A stretch of DNA of 64,000 nucleotides from Alphaproteobacteria bacterium (GCA_963422645.2 CAXXVO010000007.1:448001-512000); one strand, 5' to 3'. Counted from the first letter of the stretch, positions 41,981 to 53,131 are shown. Translations and numbers: made by a program. The notes: generated by a model not told the origin, from the letters alone.

Positions 41981-42736
41981 ATGAAGCTCGAAGGCAAGGT
42001 CGCTATCGTCACCGGCTCATCGCGCGGCATCGGCGCCTGCATCGCGCGCCGCTACGGGCGGGAGGGCGCCACCCTTGCCGTGGTCGGCAACACCAGGCGG
42101 GAGCGCGCCGAGGCGGTGGTGGCCGAGATCGAGGCCGCCGGCGGCAGGGCCCAGGCCTTCATGGCCGACGTCGGCGTGGTCGCCGACTGCGAGCGCCTGG
42201 GGCGGGAGGTGATCGACGCCTTCGGCACGGTGGACATCCTGGTGAACAACGCCGGCATCTTCACGCCAATGCCGATCGAAGAAGTCACGGAGGAGAACTG
42301 GGACGCCCAGCACGCGCTCAACCTCAAGGGCGCATTCTTCATGACCAAGGCGGTCGTGCCCACCATGAAGGCCAAGGGCGCCGGCAAGATCGTCAACATC
42401 TCCTCCATCGCAGGCTGCGGCGGGTTCCCGAACTCCAGCGCCTACTGCGCGACGAAGGGCGGCCTCACCAACATGACCAGGGCGCTCTGCCTGGAGCTCG
42501 CGGGCGATGGCATTAACGTCAACACGCTCTCGCCCGGCAACATCCAGACCGACATGAACGCCGCGTTCCGCGCGGATCCGGAATACGACGCGCGCCAGGT
42601 GGAACTCACGCCCGCCGGCATCGGCCACATGGACCCGGAGCAGCTCACCGGCGCCGCCGTCTTCCTCGCGTCTGCCGATTCGGACTCGGTCCACGGCGCG
42701 GACCTCCTGGTGGACAACGGCTGGGCCGCCTGGTAG
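41981..42736 (+). CDS. SDR family oxidoreductase
   Basis: TGSSRGIG, NNAG, YCATK. Confidence 0.9.
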   Translation: MKLEGKVAIVTGSSRGIGACIARRYGREGATLAVVGNTRRERAEAVVAEIEAAGGRAQAFMADVGVVADCERLGREVIDAFGTVDILVNNAGIFTPMPIEEVTEENWDAQHALNLKGAFFMTKAVVPTMKAKGAGKIVNISSIAGCGGFPNSSAYCATKGGLTNMTRALCLELAGDGINVNTLSPGNIQTDMNAAFRADPEYDARQVELTPAGIGHMDPEQLTGAAVFLASADSDSVHGADLLVDNGWAAW

Positions 42737-42758
42737 CGGCGCGGGAACCGAACAACCC

Positions 42759-43556
<798 letters not shown>

Positions 43557-43593
43557 AACAAGCGCTACCGTTCGGAACTGCCGGGCCCCGGCG

Positions 43594-44694
43594 TCACTCG
43601 GATCGGAATTCTTCGTGTTGAGGGTGGAAGAGGACCTTCCCTTCCCCATCGAAGAGCAGGCAGTGCTCGGGGTTTGGCGCCGCATGGAGCCGGTCGCCGA
43701 CCCGGCCCGCGAAGCCGGGCTCGACCAGAGCGTGCAGCTTGTTCCGCTCGTTGTCCTCCAGAATCACCACCGATTCCCGCCCCAGGTGCTCGACGGCGAA
43801 GACGGTGACCGGAATCGCGGCCTCCGTGGCATCGGCTTGAATGTGCAGATGCTGCGGCCGGACTCCCAGGGTTGCCGGCCCGACGGCACCGACGGGCGTT
43901 CCCGGCACGAATGCGAAGTCCTTGGCGACGAAGGGAGTCCGGCCTTCCTCCGCGACGATCTCGCCTGCGATCAGGTTCATCGGGGGCGAGCCCACGAAGC
44001 CGGCGACGAAGAGCGTGGCCGGGCGGTTGTAGATCTCGTCCGGCGTGCCGATCTGCTCCAGCCGCCCTTCGTTCATGACCGCAATGCGGTCTCCCATGGT
44101 CATCGCCTCCACCTGATCGTGGGTGACGACGGCCATGGTGGTGCCCAGGCGCTTCTGCAGGTTGACCAGCTCGGCGCGGAGCGTGAGGCGGAGCCCGGCG
44201 TCGAGGGCTGCGAGCGGCTCGTCGAGAAGGAACGCCGTCGGCTGGCGGACAATGGCCTTGGCGGTGGCCACCCGCTGGCGCTCGCCGCCGGAGAGCTGGC
44301 TCGGCAGCTTGTCGAGCAGAGCGTCGATGCCGAGGATCGACGATGCCTCGTCGATCCGCCGGTTCGTCTCGCCCCGATCCAGCCTTTGCTTGGCGAGGCT
44401 GGTGCGGATGTTCTGCCGCGCCGTCATGTGCGGGTAGAGCAGCGACGACTGGAACACCATCGCGATGTTGCGCTGGTGCGGCGAGGCCGCGGTGACGTCC
44501 TCGTCGTCGAACAGGATTCGCCCGGAGGTCGGCATCTCCAGGCCGGCGATGCAGTTGAGCGTCGTCGTCTTGCCGCAGCCGGATGGTCCCAGCAGCACCA
44601 GGAGCTCGCCGTTCTCGATCGTCAGATCGAGCTCGCGCACGGCGACGTGGCGATGGAAGGTTTTATGCAGGCGATCGATCTGGATGCGGGACAT
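43594..44694 (-). CDS. Carbohydrate-type ABC transporter ATPase (MalK-like)
   Basis: GPSGCGKT, LSGGERQR, LLDEP, VTHDQ, TOBE tail. Confidence 0.93.
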   Translation of the reverse strand: MSRIQIDRLHKTFHRHVAVRELDLTIENGELLVLLGPSGCGKTTTLNCIAGLEMPTSGRILFDDEDVTAASPHQRNIAMVFQSSLLYPHMTARQNIRTSLAKQRLDRGETNRRIDEASSILGIDALLDKLPSQLSGGERQRVATAKAIVRQPTAFLLDEPLAALDAGLRLTLRAELVNLQKRLGTTMAVVTHDQVEAMTMGDRIAVMNEGRLEQIGTPDEIYNRPATLFVAGFVGSPPMNLIAGEIVAEEGRTPFVAKDFAFVPGTPVGAVGPATLGVRPQHLHIQADATEAAIPVTVFAVEHLGRESVVILEDNERNKLHALVEPGFAGRVGDRLHAAPNPEHCLLFDGEGKVLFHPQHEEFRSE

Positions 44695-44697
44695 GGC

Positions 44698-45564
44698 TCA
44701 ACGGACCGGGTCGACGAGGTTCATTTCGGCAATATGCCGCTGCAGGAAGAACGCGACCAGTGCCGGCGGCACCATGGTCAGCATCACCGCTGCTGCGAGA
44801 TGGGACGCCTCCGGATGCTGGAAGAGGAAGCCGGAAACGGCGGTGGGCAGGGTATTGGCGGTGGTGCCGTTCACCAGAAACAGCGCGTAGGTGTACTCGT
44901 TCCAGGAGAACAGAAAAGCGATGACCGCCGCCACCGCGACGCCGCTCCGCCCCAGCGGCACGATGATCTTGAGGAAGGTCTCGAAGCGCGAGAACCCGTC
45001 GATCCGGGCCAATCGCTCCACGTCCGGTAGATTACGGAAGTAGCCAATCAGCATCCAGGTCACGAAGGGAATGGTGATCGTGAGGGTGACGATGATGAGG
45101 CCGATCAGCGTCCCGGAGAGCCCGAGCTGCACGTACATGGCGTAGAAGGGGATGAGCGTCGAGACCGGCGGCAGCGCGACCGCCAACAGGATCGCGAACA
45201 GGAGCTTGTTCTTGTGGGGGAAGTCGAGGCGCGCGAAGACGTAGGCGAGCGGCAGCACCACCACAAGCGTTACCAGCGTGACGACAGCCGACACGATGAG
45301 GCTGTTGTAGAACCCGCGGATGATCTGATTGGCCTGGCCCGAGCCGCGGCGGACGAGCCCATCGGCCATTTCGTACTCGAAGCCGAAGATGTTGAAGAAG
45401 GCGGCGGGCGTCGGCTCCAGGGGGTAGAGCGGCGGCGGAAAGCGCGCGATCTCGCCAGGCGTCAGCAGGGAGTTCTTCAGGAACCAGTAGATCGGCAGCA
45501 GGGTCCAGATCAGGACCACCGCCAGCGCGAGCCACGACCAGATCGAGGAGAGGCGAATTCTCAT
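44698..45564 (-). CDS. CUT1 ABC permease (MalG-like)
   Basis: TM helices, EAA loop (ARIDG), FSWNEY; ATG at 45564. Confidence 0.9.
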   Translation of the reverse strand: MRIRLSSIWSWLALAVVLIWTLLPIYWFLKNSLLTPGEIARFPPPLYPLEPTPAAFFNIFGFEYEMADGLVRRGSGQANQIIRGFYNSLIVSAVVTLVTLVVVLPLAYVFARLDFPHKNKLLFAILLAVALPPVSTLIPFYAMYVQLGLSGTLIGLIIVTLTITIPFVTWMLIGYFRNLPDVERLARIDGFSRFETFLKIIVPLGRSGVAVAAVIAFLFSWNEYTYALFLVNGTTANTLPTAVSGFLFQHPEASHLAAAVMLTMVPPALVAFFLQRHIAEMNLVDPVR

Positions 45565-46460
45565 ATCGACCTCGCCTCCCGCCGGCCCCACAGGAAGTAG
45601 AGCAGCAGCGTGGTGCCCAGGATCAGGCCGAGCAGCATGAACGACATGGCCGCGCCGTAGCCGAGGTCGAGGTCTTTGAAGCTCTCCTTGTAGATGCGGT
45701 AGGTCAGCGTCGCCGATGCCGTGCCCGGCCCGCCGCCGGAGAGCACGAAGATGAAGTCGAAGAGCTTCATCGAGAGCACGGTCGTGATGCAGGTGAAGAC
45801 GAAGATCGTGAAACGAAGCGGCGGCAGGGTGACGTTCAAAAAGGTCTCGAACCGCGACATGCGGTCGATGGCGGCGAGGTCGTAAAGCCGGCTCGGGATG
45901 GTCTTGAGGTTGGCCAGCAGGAAGAAGGCGACCAGCGGCGCCATGTTCCACGCGTTGCCGACCGCCAGGACCTCGATCACCCAGGCGCGGTTGACCACGT
46001 TCACCGCCTCCTCGATCCCGAGCGCATAGGCAATGGCGGTGCCGATGCCCGTCTGCCCCTTGGCCATGTAGGAGAAGATGACCCCGGTGCCGTAGAGAGA
46101 GATGCACCAGGGGAGGATCACGATGGTGCGCACCAGACCGGCGAAGCGGAACTTGCGGTTGAGCACCAGGGCGATCAGAAGACCGGCCACCATCGCCAGC
46201 GCGACCGATTCGAGGGTGAACCGGACCGTGATCCAGAGCGACTTCTTGAACTTCCGGTCGTCTATGACGTCGGAGAAATTTTCGGCGCCGACGAAGGTCG
46301 CCTTGTAGCCTCCGAAGAAGCTGATCTCGTGAAGGCTCATCCAGAGCGCGTAGCCCAGCGGATAGGCGACCACCAGGACGAGAAAAACCAGAACCGGTAG
46401 CGCGAGCAGCAGAGAGAACTGAAAGTTCGTCAGCTCGGCAGTGCGCTTTGCGGCGCTCAT
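45561..46460 (-). CDS. CUT1 ABC permease (MalF-like)
   Basis: FVGAENF, LYDLAAID, GGGPG, GYGAAMS. Confidence 0.9.
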   Translation of the reverse strand: MSAAKRTAELTNFQFSLLLALPVLVFLVLVVAYPLGYALWMSLHEISFFGGYKATFVGAENFSDVIDDRKFKKSLWITVRFTLESVALAMVAGLLIALVLNRKFRFAGLVRTIVILPWCISLYGTGVIFSYMAKGQTGIGTAIAYALGIEEAVNVVNRAWVIEVLAVGNAWNMAPLVAFFLLANLKTIPSRLYDLAAIDRMSRFETFLNVTLPPLRFTIFVFTCITTVLSMKLFDFIFVLSGGGPGTASATLTYRIYKESFKDLDLGYGAAMSFMLLGLILGTTLLLYFLWGRREARSI

Positions 46461-46478
46461 CGCGGCAAGAAGGCCGGA

Positions 46479-46510
46479 CCGGCGGGCGGGCTCACCGAGC
46501 CGCCCGCCGG
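46479..46510 (-). terminator. GC-rich stem-loop between the SBP and permease genes (mRNA stabiliser or partial terminator)
   Basis: CCGGCGGGCGG(G)CTC-acc-GAGCCGCCCGCCGG. Confidence 0.55.
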
Positions 46511-46520
46511 CTGCTTGGCG

Positions 46521-47855
46521 CTAGAGGCCGTACTTCTTGTTCAGATCGACGATCTCCTCGTTGATCGCCTCGATGGTCTCGACGATGTCGCCATCGTCCT
46601 GCAGGTACTCCTGCAGCGTCTCCTTGAGCCAGCTATTGAACTCCTCGGCCCAGACGACGCTCCAGACGCCCTTCGGATAGGGCGTGGCGGCGTAGACCTC
46701 GAGCACTGCTGCAATGTCCTGCTCGCGCGCGAGGGCGTTCCTCATCCGCTCGGCCGCCGCCTCGCTCTCCATCACCGACCTGTAGCCGGAGAAGAGCATG
46801 GATTCCTGCATCCAGCGGTTGCCGACGAAGACGTTGCCGGTCTGGTCCTGGTAGCCGTACCAGCTCGCGAAGCGCTTGACGTCGTCGGTGTGGCCGTCGC
46901 CCCGCTCCCGGCTCGTCATCAGGTAGACGGCGGAATCGAGCAGGCCCCAGCTCTGACCCTGATAGGGCAGGAGGCTGGCGTGGCCGGCGATCTGCGAGCG
47001 GTCCTCGCGGTTGAAGGTCTCCAGATCGTAAAGCTGCTGCGGGCTGAAGACGTAGCGCCCCGAGGCATAGGCATCGATGTAGGAACTCTCGTTGTAGGTC
47101 AGCACTTCTTCCGGCACCAGAGCGTCGTTCCAGATGCGCTTCCAGTCCTCGAGCGTCTTGTAGGCCGGGCCGTCGGGATCGGTGGTCAGCAGCGGTTCAT
47201 GGGTATCGGGATGCGCGACCTCGCCGCCCCGGTTCATCACCTCGAAGTTGAACCCCCAGGAGATGCCGTACCACTCGTTGATCCAGTGCGGCAGGAGGGG
47301 TTGGTCGACGCCCTTCTCCCGAATTTCGTAGAGCTGGTCGTAGAGCTCATCCCAGTTCGCAGGGAAGTCCGCGTCGGTGTAGCCGAGCTCGTAATACGCC
47401 TTGAGGTTGACGTGCATCACTCCGCGAGTGCTGACGAAATAGGAGAGCCCCAGCAGCTGACCCTTGTAGGACCAGGCATCGAGGATGTTGGGGTACATGT
47501 CCGCCTTGATCGCATCGATGTTCGGCAGAGCCTCGGCCGGCATGATCCAACCACCGTCGAAATAGCGGCCGGCCTGGGACGGGTTGGCGTAGAGCACGTC
47601 AAGCTCTGCACCCGCCATCAGGTTCTGCTCCATGATCGCCGGGTAGTCGCCGGTGACGGTCGCGTAATCGACATTGCCGCCCTGCTCACCGTTATAGCGA
47701 TCGACATTGTCCTGCACGATGTCGGTCTTGTACTGCCAGCCGCGGAAGAACACCGTCTCCTCGCTTTGGGCCTCGAGGCCGCCTTGGGCGAGCGCGGTGC
47801 CGCTCACAAGCATGAGCGCCCCTGTGACTGCCAGTGCTGTTGCGCGGAGCTTCAT
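46521..47855 (-). CDS. ABC transporter substrate-binding protein (family 1)
   Basis: Signal peptide MKLRATALAVTGALMLVSGTALA; first gene of the CUT1 operon. Confidence 0.88.
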   Translation of the reverse strand: MKLRATALAVTGALMLVSGTALAQGGLEAQSEETVFFRGWQYKTDIVQDNVDRYNGEQGGNVDYATVTGDYPAIMEQNLMAGAELDVLYANPSQAGRYFDGGWIMPAEALPNIDAIKADMYPNILDAWSYKGQLLGLSYFVSTRGVMHVNLKAYYELGYTDADFPANWDELYDQLYEIREKGVDQPLLPHWINEWYGISWGFNFEVMNRGGEVAHPDTHEPLLTTDPDGPAYKTLEDWKRIWNDALVPEEVLTYNESSYIDAYASGRYVFSPQQLYDLETFNREDRSQIAGHASLLPYQGQSWGLLDSAVYLMTSRERGDGHTDDVKRFASWYGYQDQTGNVFVGNRWMQESMLFSGYRSVMESEAAAERMRNALAREQDIAAVLEVYAATPYPKGVWSVVWAEEFNSWLKETLQEYLQDDGDIVETIEAINEEIVDLNKKYGL

Positions 47856-48050
47856 TAACCAATCTCCCCTTTCGCCAATGATTTGATGGCTTGGTCCGTC
47901 CAATTCGACTTCGCGATCGCGAAGTCCCGCTCTGACGCGGATACTAGCGCGGGCGGAAGATATCATCGGCGTCAGGACGCATACAAGGTGCCGACAAGGC
48001 GGCCCAAACGAGGCCCTCGTCCAGGCCGCGAGCGTGGTCAGAATTTTCGG

Positions 48051-49457
48051 CTATGGCGTCGGGCCGGTCATCTTGGTGGGATCGATCCAGCGCTCGAAGT
48101 CGGCATCGCTCACCACGCCGAGGGCGAGCGCGGCGTCCTTCAGCGTCGTGCCATCGGCGTGGGCCTTCTTCGCCACCTTGGCGGCATTGTCGTAGCCGAT
48201 GTGGGGGTTGAGCGCGGTCACCAGCATCAGCGATTCGTGCAGCAGCTGGTCGATGCGCGCGCGATTCGGCTCGATGCCGGCGACGCAGTTGTCGGTGAAG
48301 CTGCGGGCGCCGTCGCCGATTAGACGGATCGACTGGAGCAGGTTGTAGATCATCACCGGCTTGAACACGTTGAGCTCGAAGTGGCCGTTGGCGCCGCCCA
48401 CGGATATGGCGACGTGATTGCCCATGACCTGGGCCGCGACCATGGTGAGCGCCTCGGCCTGGGTCGGGTTGACCTTGCCCGGCATGATCGAGGAGCCGGG
48501 CTCGTTGGCCGGCAATTCCAGCTCGCCGAGCCCGCAGCGCGGGCCCGACGCCAGCAGCCGGATGTCGTTCGCGATCTTCATCAGGCTTGCGGCGACGGTG
48601 TTGAGCGCGCCCGACATCTCGACCACAGCATCGTTGGCAGCGATGGCCTCGAACTTGTTCTCGGCGGTGCGGAAGGGGAGGCCGGTGAGCGCCGCCACCT
48701 CGGCCGCGAAGCGCGCATCGAAGCCCGCCTTGGTGTTGAGCCCGGTGCCGACGGCGGTGCCGCCCTGGGCGAGCGCACAGAGCCTGGGCAGCGCCCCGCG
48801 CACGCGCTCGATCCCGTATTCGACCTGCGTCGCGTAGCCGGAGAACTCCTGGCCGAGGGTGAGCGGCGTCGCATCCTGCAGGTGAGTCCGGCCGATCTTC
48901 ACGATCTCGGCGAAGGCTTCGGACTTCGCGGCGAGCGCGCCCTGCAGGTGCTCCAGCGCCGGCAGCAGCAGGTGGTGGCACTGCTCCACGGCGGCGATGT
49001 GCATCGCAGTCGGAAAGGTGTCGTTGGAGGACTGGCTGCGGTTGACGTGGTCGTTGGGATGGACCGGGGTTTTTTGGCCCATCGGCTGACCCACAATCTC
49101 GCACGCCCGGTTGGCGATCACCTCGTTGGCGTTCATGTTGCTCTGGGTGCCCGAGCCGGTCTGCCAGACGACGAGGGGGAAGTGATCGTCGAGCTTGCCG
49201 CCGATCACCTCGCCGGCCGCCTCGTCGATCGCCGCGCCGACCTCAGGGTCGAGCGAACCGGCCTCGACGTTCACCCGCGCCGCCGCCTGCTTGATGATGC
49301 CGAGCGCGCGGATCAGCGGCGCCGGCATGCGTTCACCGCCGATCCTGAAGTTCTGCAGGCTGCGCTGGGTCTGAGCGCCCCAATAGGCGTCGGCCGGCAC
49401 GTCGATCACGCCGATCGAGTCCGTCTCGCGCCGAGTTTCCGCCGATGTGTCGGTCAT
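48051..49457 (-). CDS. fumC: Class II fumarate hydratase
   Basis: [35 protein letters not shown]. Confidence 0.97.
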   Translation of the reverse strand: MTDTSAETRRETDSIGVIDVPADAYWGAQTQRSLQNFRIGGERMPAPLIRALGIIKQAAARVNVEAGSLDPEVGAAIDEAAGEVIGGKLDDHFPLVVWQTGSGTQSNMNANEVIANRACEIVGQPMGQKTPVHPNDHVNRSQSSNDTFPTAMHIAAVEQCHHLLLPALEHLQGALAAKSEAFAEIVKIGRTHLQDATPLTLGQEFSGYATQVEYGIERVRGALPRLCALAQGGTAVGTGLNTKAGFDARFAAEVAALTGLPFRTAENKFEAIAANDAVVEMSGALNTVAASLMKIANDIRLLASGPRCGLGELELPANEPGSSIMPGKVNPTQAEALTMVAAQVMGNHVAISVGGANGHFELNVFKPVMIYNLLQSIRLIGDGARSFTDNCVAGIEPNRARIDQLLHESLMLVTALNPHIGYDNAAKVAKKAHADGTTLKDAALALGVVSDADFERWIDPTKMTGPTP

Positions 49458-49527
49458 GGCCGTGCCCTCTCCGGTTGCGGGCCTCCTTTACCACGCCGGC
49501 GGCCTGCGGCGCGCGCCCTCGTGTCGC

Positions 49528-51000
49528 TCACTCGGGGGATGTCTCTGAAGAAAGACCCCGCGCCGTCTCGACGATGAGCGCCCAGGCTCTCTCGACATGC
49601 GGGCGGCGGGTCGCGGACGAGCCGACTGCAAGGCGCAGCACGAGCCGGTCGTCGAGCCGGGTGTGGGTGAGATAGAGCACGCCGGATTCGTTGAGCCGGT
49701 TCATCAGGGCCTCGTTGAACGCATCGCCCGCGCGGTGGCGAAAGCATACCAACCCGACCGAAACCGGGGCCGCCAGCTCGAAATCCGCATTCTCCTCCAC
49801 CTGCGCGGCAAAGCGGTCGGCCAACACGACACAGTGCCGCACATGGGCGCGCAGACCCTCCGCGCCGTAATGGCGGATCACGAACCAGAGCTTGAGCGCG
49901 CGGAAGCGGCGGCCGAGCGGGATCTGCCAGTCGCGGTAGTCGATCACCGCGCCGGATTCCGTCGCGCGGTTGCGCAGGTACTCCGGGAGCACGCTCAGCG
50001 CCTGGATCAGCGAGGCCCGGTCGGCGACCCAGAAGCAGCTGCAATCGAAGTTGGTGAGCAGCCACTTGTGCGGGTTGAAGGTGTAGCTGTCGGCATGCTC
50101 CAGCCCGTCGATGAGGCCCCGGTGTTCCGGGCAGATGGTGGCGCTGCCGGCGTGCGCGGCATCGACGTGGAGCCAGATGCCCTCGCGGCGGCAGAGCTCG
50201 CCGATGGCGCGGAGCTGATCCACGGCGCCGGAGGAGGTGGTGCCCACGGTCGCGCACACCATGGCGGGCACCGCACTGGCCGCGCGATCCGCGGCGATCG
50301 CGGCCTCCAGAGAGTCGACCCGCATGGCATGGCATTCGTCGGCATCGACGAGCCGAAGGCTGTCGCGCCCCAGGCCCGCGATCTTCACTCCCTTCTCGAT
50401 GGAGGAGTGAGCGTGCCGGGAGGTGTAGACCGCGAGCTGATGCCCCTCAGCGCCCCCCGGGCCGCGGCCGGCACCATGCTCGTTGACCGCACCGGCGCTC
50501 GCGCGCTCGCGCGCCGCAATGAGCGCGGTGAGCGTGCTGCTCGACGCGCTGTCCTGGATCACGCCGCCGCCGGCCGTGCTCGACCGGTAGCCCTCCGGCA
50601 GCCCGCACAGATCGACCAGCCAGTCGAGCACATGGGTCTCGAGCTCGGTGCACGCCGGGCTCGTCGCCCAGAGCATGCCCTGCACCCCGAGCCCGGAAGA
50701 GAGCAGATCGCCCAAGATCGAGGGGCCGGAGGCGTTGGCCGGGAAGTAGGCGTAGAAGTTGGGCGACTGCCAATGGGTGAGCCCGGGGAGGACGATCTCG
50801 TCGATGTCGCGCAGCATGTCGGCGAAGGGCTCGCCCTGCTCGGGCGCGGCGCGCGGCAGGCGCGCACGAACCGATCCGGGCTCAGCCTGGGAGAGCACGG
50901 GATACTGCTCCACCTCCTCCATGTAGCGGGCGATGCGTTCGATGAGCGCGGTTCCGCAGCGGCGAAACTCGTCAGGCGTCATGTGCGGAGCTTGGTCCAT
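49528..51000 (-). CDS. Group II PLP decarboxylase, aromatic-L-amino-acid (DOPA/tryptophan) decarboxylase-like
   Basis: PGLTHWQSPNFYAYFP, SPACTELE, GGGVIQDSAS, HSSIEK, WLHVDAA, FNPHKWL, DYRDWQIPLGRRFRALKLW; ATG at 51000. Confidence 0.9.
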   Translation of the reverse strand: MDQAPHMTPDEFRRCGTALIERIARYMEEVEQYPVLSQAEPGSVRARLPRAAPEQGEPFADMLRDIDEIVLPGLTHWQSPNFYAYFPANASGPSILGDLLSSGLGVQGMLWATSPACTELETHVLDWLVDLCGLPEGYRSSTAGGGVIQDSASSSTLTALIAARERASAGAVNEHGAGRGPGGAEGHQLAVYTSRHAHSSIEKGVKIAGLGRDSLRLVDADECHAMRVDSLEAAIAADRAASAVPAMVCATVGTTSSGAVDQLRAIGELCRREGIWLHVDAAHAGSATICPEHRGLIDGLEHADSYTFNPHKWLLTNFDCSCFWVADRASLIQALSVLPEYLRNRATESGAVIDYRDWQIPLGRRFRALKLWFVIRHYGAEGLRAHVRHCVVLADRFAAQVEENADFELAAPVSVGLVCFRHRAGDAFNEALMNRLNESGVLYLTHTRLDDRLVLRLAVGSSATRRPHVERAWALIVETARGLSSETSPE

Positions 51001-51223
51001 CAGGAAGCCCTTCCCCTTGACCGCGGTGGCTGGGTCGCCACTCGGGCACGATGATGACCTAGTGGCGCCCGGCTCGCGGTGCAATTGCGCGCGCACCGGG
51101 GTCACGCCCAAGTGAAGCCAGTTGACGCAGGGTGATACGAAGCGCAAGGGCATGGAGGATTTGGCGGGTGACCACAGCCTTACTATCCTCGCGCCGTCAT
51201 TATAGGGAGCCCAGGAGCCCGCC

Positions 51224-51997
51224 ATGGCGAGCGAGACCCCACAGGCCGTGATGGTCACTGGCGCCGGCCGTAGCATCGGCCGCGCCGTTGCCGAGCGCTT
51301 CCACGCCGCCGGCGCCCGCGTCCACATCTGCTGCGTCACCGATGAGAGCTTGGACGACGTGCTCGGCGCGAATCCCGGCATGTCCGGCAGCATCGCGGAC
51401 GTGGGCTCGGCGAAGGCGGTCGCGCGCTGGTTCGAGGAGGGGCTCACGGCGCTCGGGGGGCTCGACGTGCTGGTGAACAACGCCGGCATCAGCGGCCCGC
51501 GCGCACCGGTAGAGGAGATCGACGACGACGAGTGGCACCGGGTGATCGACGTCAACCTCAACGGCATGTTCCACTGCATCAAGCGGGCGGTCCCGGTGAT
51601 GAAGGCGCAAGGCTCGGGCGCGATCATCAACATCTCGAGCGCGTCCACCCGGGTCGGGATGCCGCTCAGGACCTCCTACATCACAACCAAGTGCGCCGTG
51701 GACGGCATGACCATGAACCTCGCGCGCGAGCTTGGCCCCGCCGGCATCCGCTGCAACGCCATCCTGCCCGGCATCATCGACAATCCGCGTGGGCGGCGCC
51801 TGATCACGCACCTCGCGAGGGAGCGAGAGCAGACGGTCGAGGAGGCGCACGAGCGCTACGTGAGCTTCATTTCCACGCGTTCGCTGATCAGCTGCGAGGA
51901 GGTCGCCGACGCCGCGTTCTTCCTGGCGCAGGATTCGGCGCGGAACATCACCGGGCAGCTGATCGGGGTCTGCGGCAACCTGGAGTGGGAGGAGTAG
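51224..51997 (+). CDS. SDR family oxidoreductase
   Basis: TGAGRSIG, NNAGISGP, YITTK, RCNAILPG. Confidence 0.9.
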   Translation: MASETPQAVMVTGAGRSIGRAVAERFHAAGARVHICCVTDESLDDVLGANPGMSGSIADVGSAKAVARWFEEGLTALGGLDVLVNNAGISGPRAPVEEIDDDEWHRVIDVNLNGMFHCIKRAVPVMKAQGSGAIINISSASTRVGMPLRTSYITTKCAVDGMTMNLARELGPAGIRCNAILPGIIDNPRGRRLITHLAREREQTVEEAHERYVSFISTRSLISCEEVADAAFFLAQDSARNITGQLIGVCGNLEWEE

Positions 51998-52591
51998 CTA
52001 CTTCTTGCGGAACCGGTCGAGCGCGACGACTTTTTCGCCGCCCGCCTCTGTCGAGACCTCCCCGCCTGCCTCTGTCGCGACGTCTCCGCTCGCCTCTGTA
52101 GAGACCTCTGCGCTTTCCTCCGGCAAATCCTCCGGGTCCGGCACCACCTTCTCGCCGTTCGCCTTGGGCGCGTCCTCTTGGGAGACCGCCGCCGGAGCCT
52201 GACGCGGCTTTGCGCCGGCCTTCTTGGCCAGCTCTTGCGCCTGCCCGAACTGCAGGCCGAACTTGATCGACGGATCGGCGTAGCTGGCGAGCGCCGCGAA
52301 GGGCACGACGATGCGGTGGCCGACCTTGTTGAATGTCAGCGTCACGGAGAAGGAGTCGTCCTCGACCTCCAGGCCCCAAAATTGGTGCTGAAGCACGATC
52401 GTCAGCTCGTCCGGGTAGCGCGTGCGCAGGAAATCCGGCACCTCGACGCCAGGCGCGGCGGTCTTGAAGGTGATGTAGGCGTGGTGGGTGCCGGGCCAGC
52501 CCTCCGCTGCGACACGGCGGAGCGCCTCTCGAACCACCGAACGCAGGCCGTTTTCGACCAGTGCGCTGTAGCCGATGAGATCCTTGCTCAT
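51998..52591 (-). CDS. sspB: ClpXP adaptor SspB (alphaproteobacterial type)
   Basis: IGYSALV...PGTHHAYITFKT, YPDELTIVLQHQFW, DPSIKFGLQF, C-terminal VVALDRFRKK; directly downstream of tmRNA. Confidence 0.93.
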   Translation of the reverse strand: MSKDLIGYSALVENGLRSVVREALRRVAAEGWPGTHHAYITFKTAAPGVEVPDFLRTRYPDELTIVLQHQFWGLEVEDDSFSVTLTFNKVGHRIVVPFAALASYADPSIKFGLQFGQAQELAKKAGAKPRQAPAAVSQEDAPKANGEKVVPDPEDLPEESAEVSTEASGDVATEAGGEVSTEAGGEKVVALDRFRKK

Positions 52592-52723
52592 TCCCGCGTC
52601 CGTGCCCGCCCGCTCAAGCGGGTCTTCCGTTGCCCGACGCCCCAAACCACGCTGGTCTGGCGACACTGGTTAGCTTAGCCCGGATGCCTCGCCACGGTCA
52701 CGGCCCCATCGGGATTTCCGGGT

Positions 52724-53007
52724 TAGCGGGGGGCTTCTGTTGCCCGGCGCCCCCCAAGCCGCGCTTACCTAGCGATGCTAGGCAGCGAGTGCGACTTCAT
52801 TGTCATTCGCACCTAAGAGTTGGCCCGATAACGGCGGTACCATGCCGGGCGAAAACCACACCTTTACCACGCACGTCGATCCTGGTTCGCCCCCGCAACT
52901 TGAGCCGTCGGCCCGATGGGTGGTGGAGGCGCCGGGTACTGCCCCCGGGTCCGCAACGCTTATTCCGAGCAGCGTTTATCGCCATAGTCGACGGTCGCCC
53001 GCCGACC
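52724..53007 (-). ncRNA. ssrA: Permuted (two-piece) tmRNA
   Basis: Acceptor piece ends ...CCCGGCGCCTCCACCA at 52921. After a short intervening segment the coding piece starts GGGGGCGAACCAGGATCGAC at 52894 (7-bp acceptor stem with G3.U). Tag ORF ANDNEVALAA* at 52810-52778. Outer ends approximate. Confidence 0.95.
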
Positions 53008-53012
53008 CCGAC

Positions 53013-53041
53013 AATATAGGTGCTAACGGCGCGCATTGGAA
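53013..53041 (-). promoter_or_regulatory. Putative ssrA promoter
   Basis: Minus strand TTCCAA-17 nt-TATATT just upstream of the acceptor piece. Confidence 0.5.
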
Positions 53042-53056
53042 GCGCTTGCCGCACCT

Positions 53057-53085
53057 CTGCACGCGACTGCGGGACGGGGTATAAT
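53057..53085 (+). promoter_or_regulatory. Putative thyX promoter
   Basis: CTGCAC-17 nt-TATAAT, 46 nt upstream of the thyX ATG. Confidence 0.5.
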
Positions 53086-53131
53086 CGCAACGCGGATTGC
53101 CGCCTGAAATCACCGGAGATACCCCTCGCCC

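Noticed and set aside
49528-51648. Apparent long fusions in the ORF track (706-aa decarboxylase, 778-aa SBP, 542-aa CoxD, 537-aa Gpt, 590-aa TnpC, 477-aa YbjN)
   Set aside because: The N-terminal parts overlap other real genes. Family homology starts at internal start codons, which were used instead.
52921-52960. tRNA gene
   Set aside because: The T-arm/CCA-like sequence is the acceptor piece of the permuted tmRNA; there is no anticodon arm.
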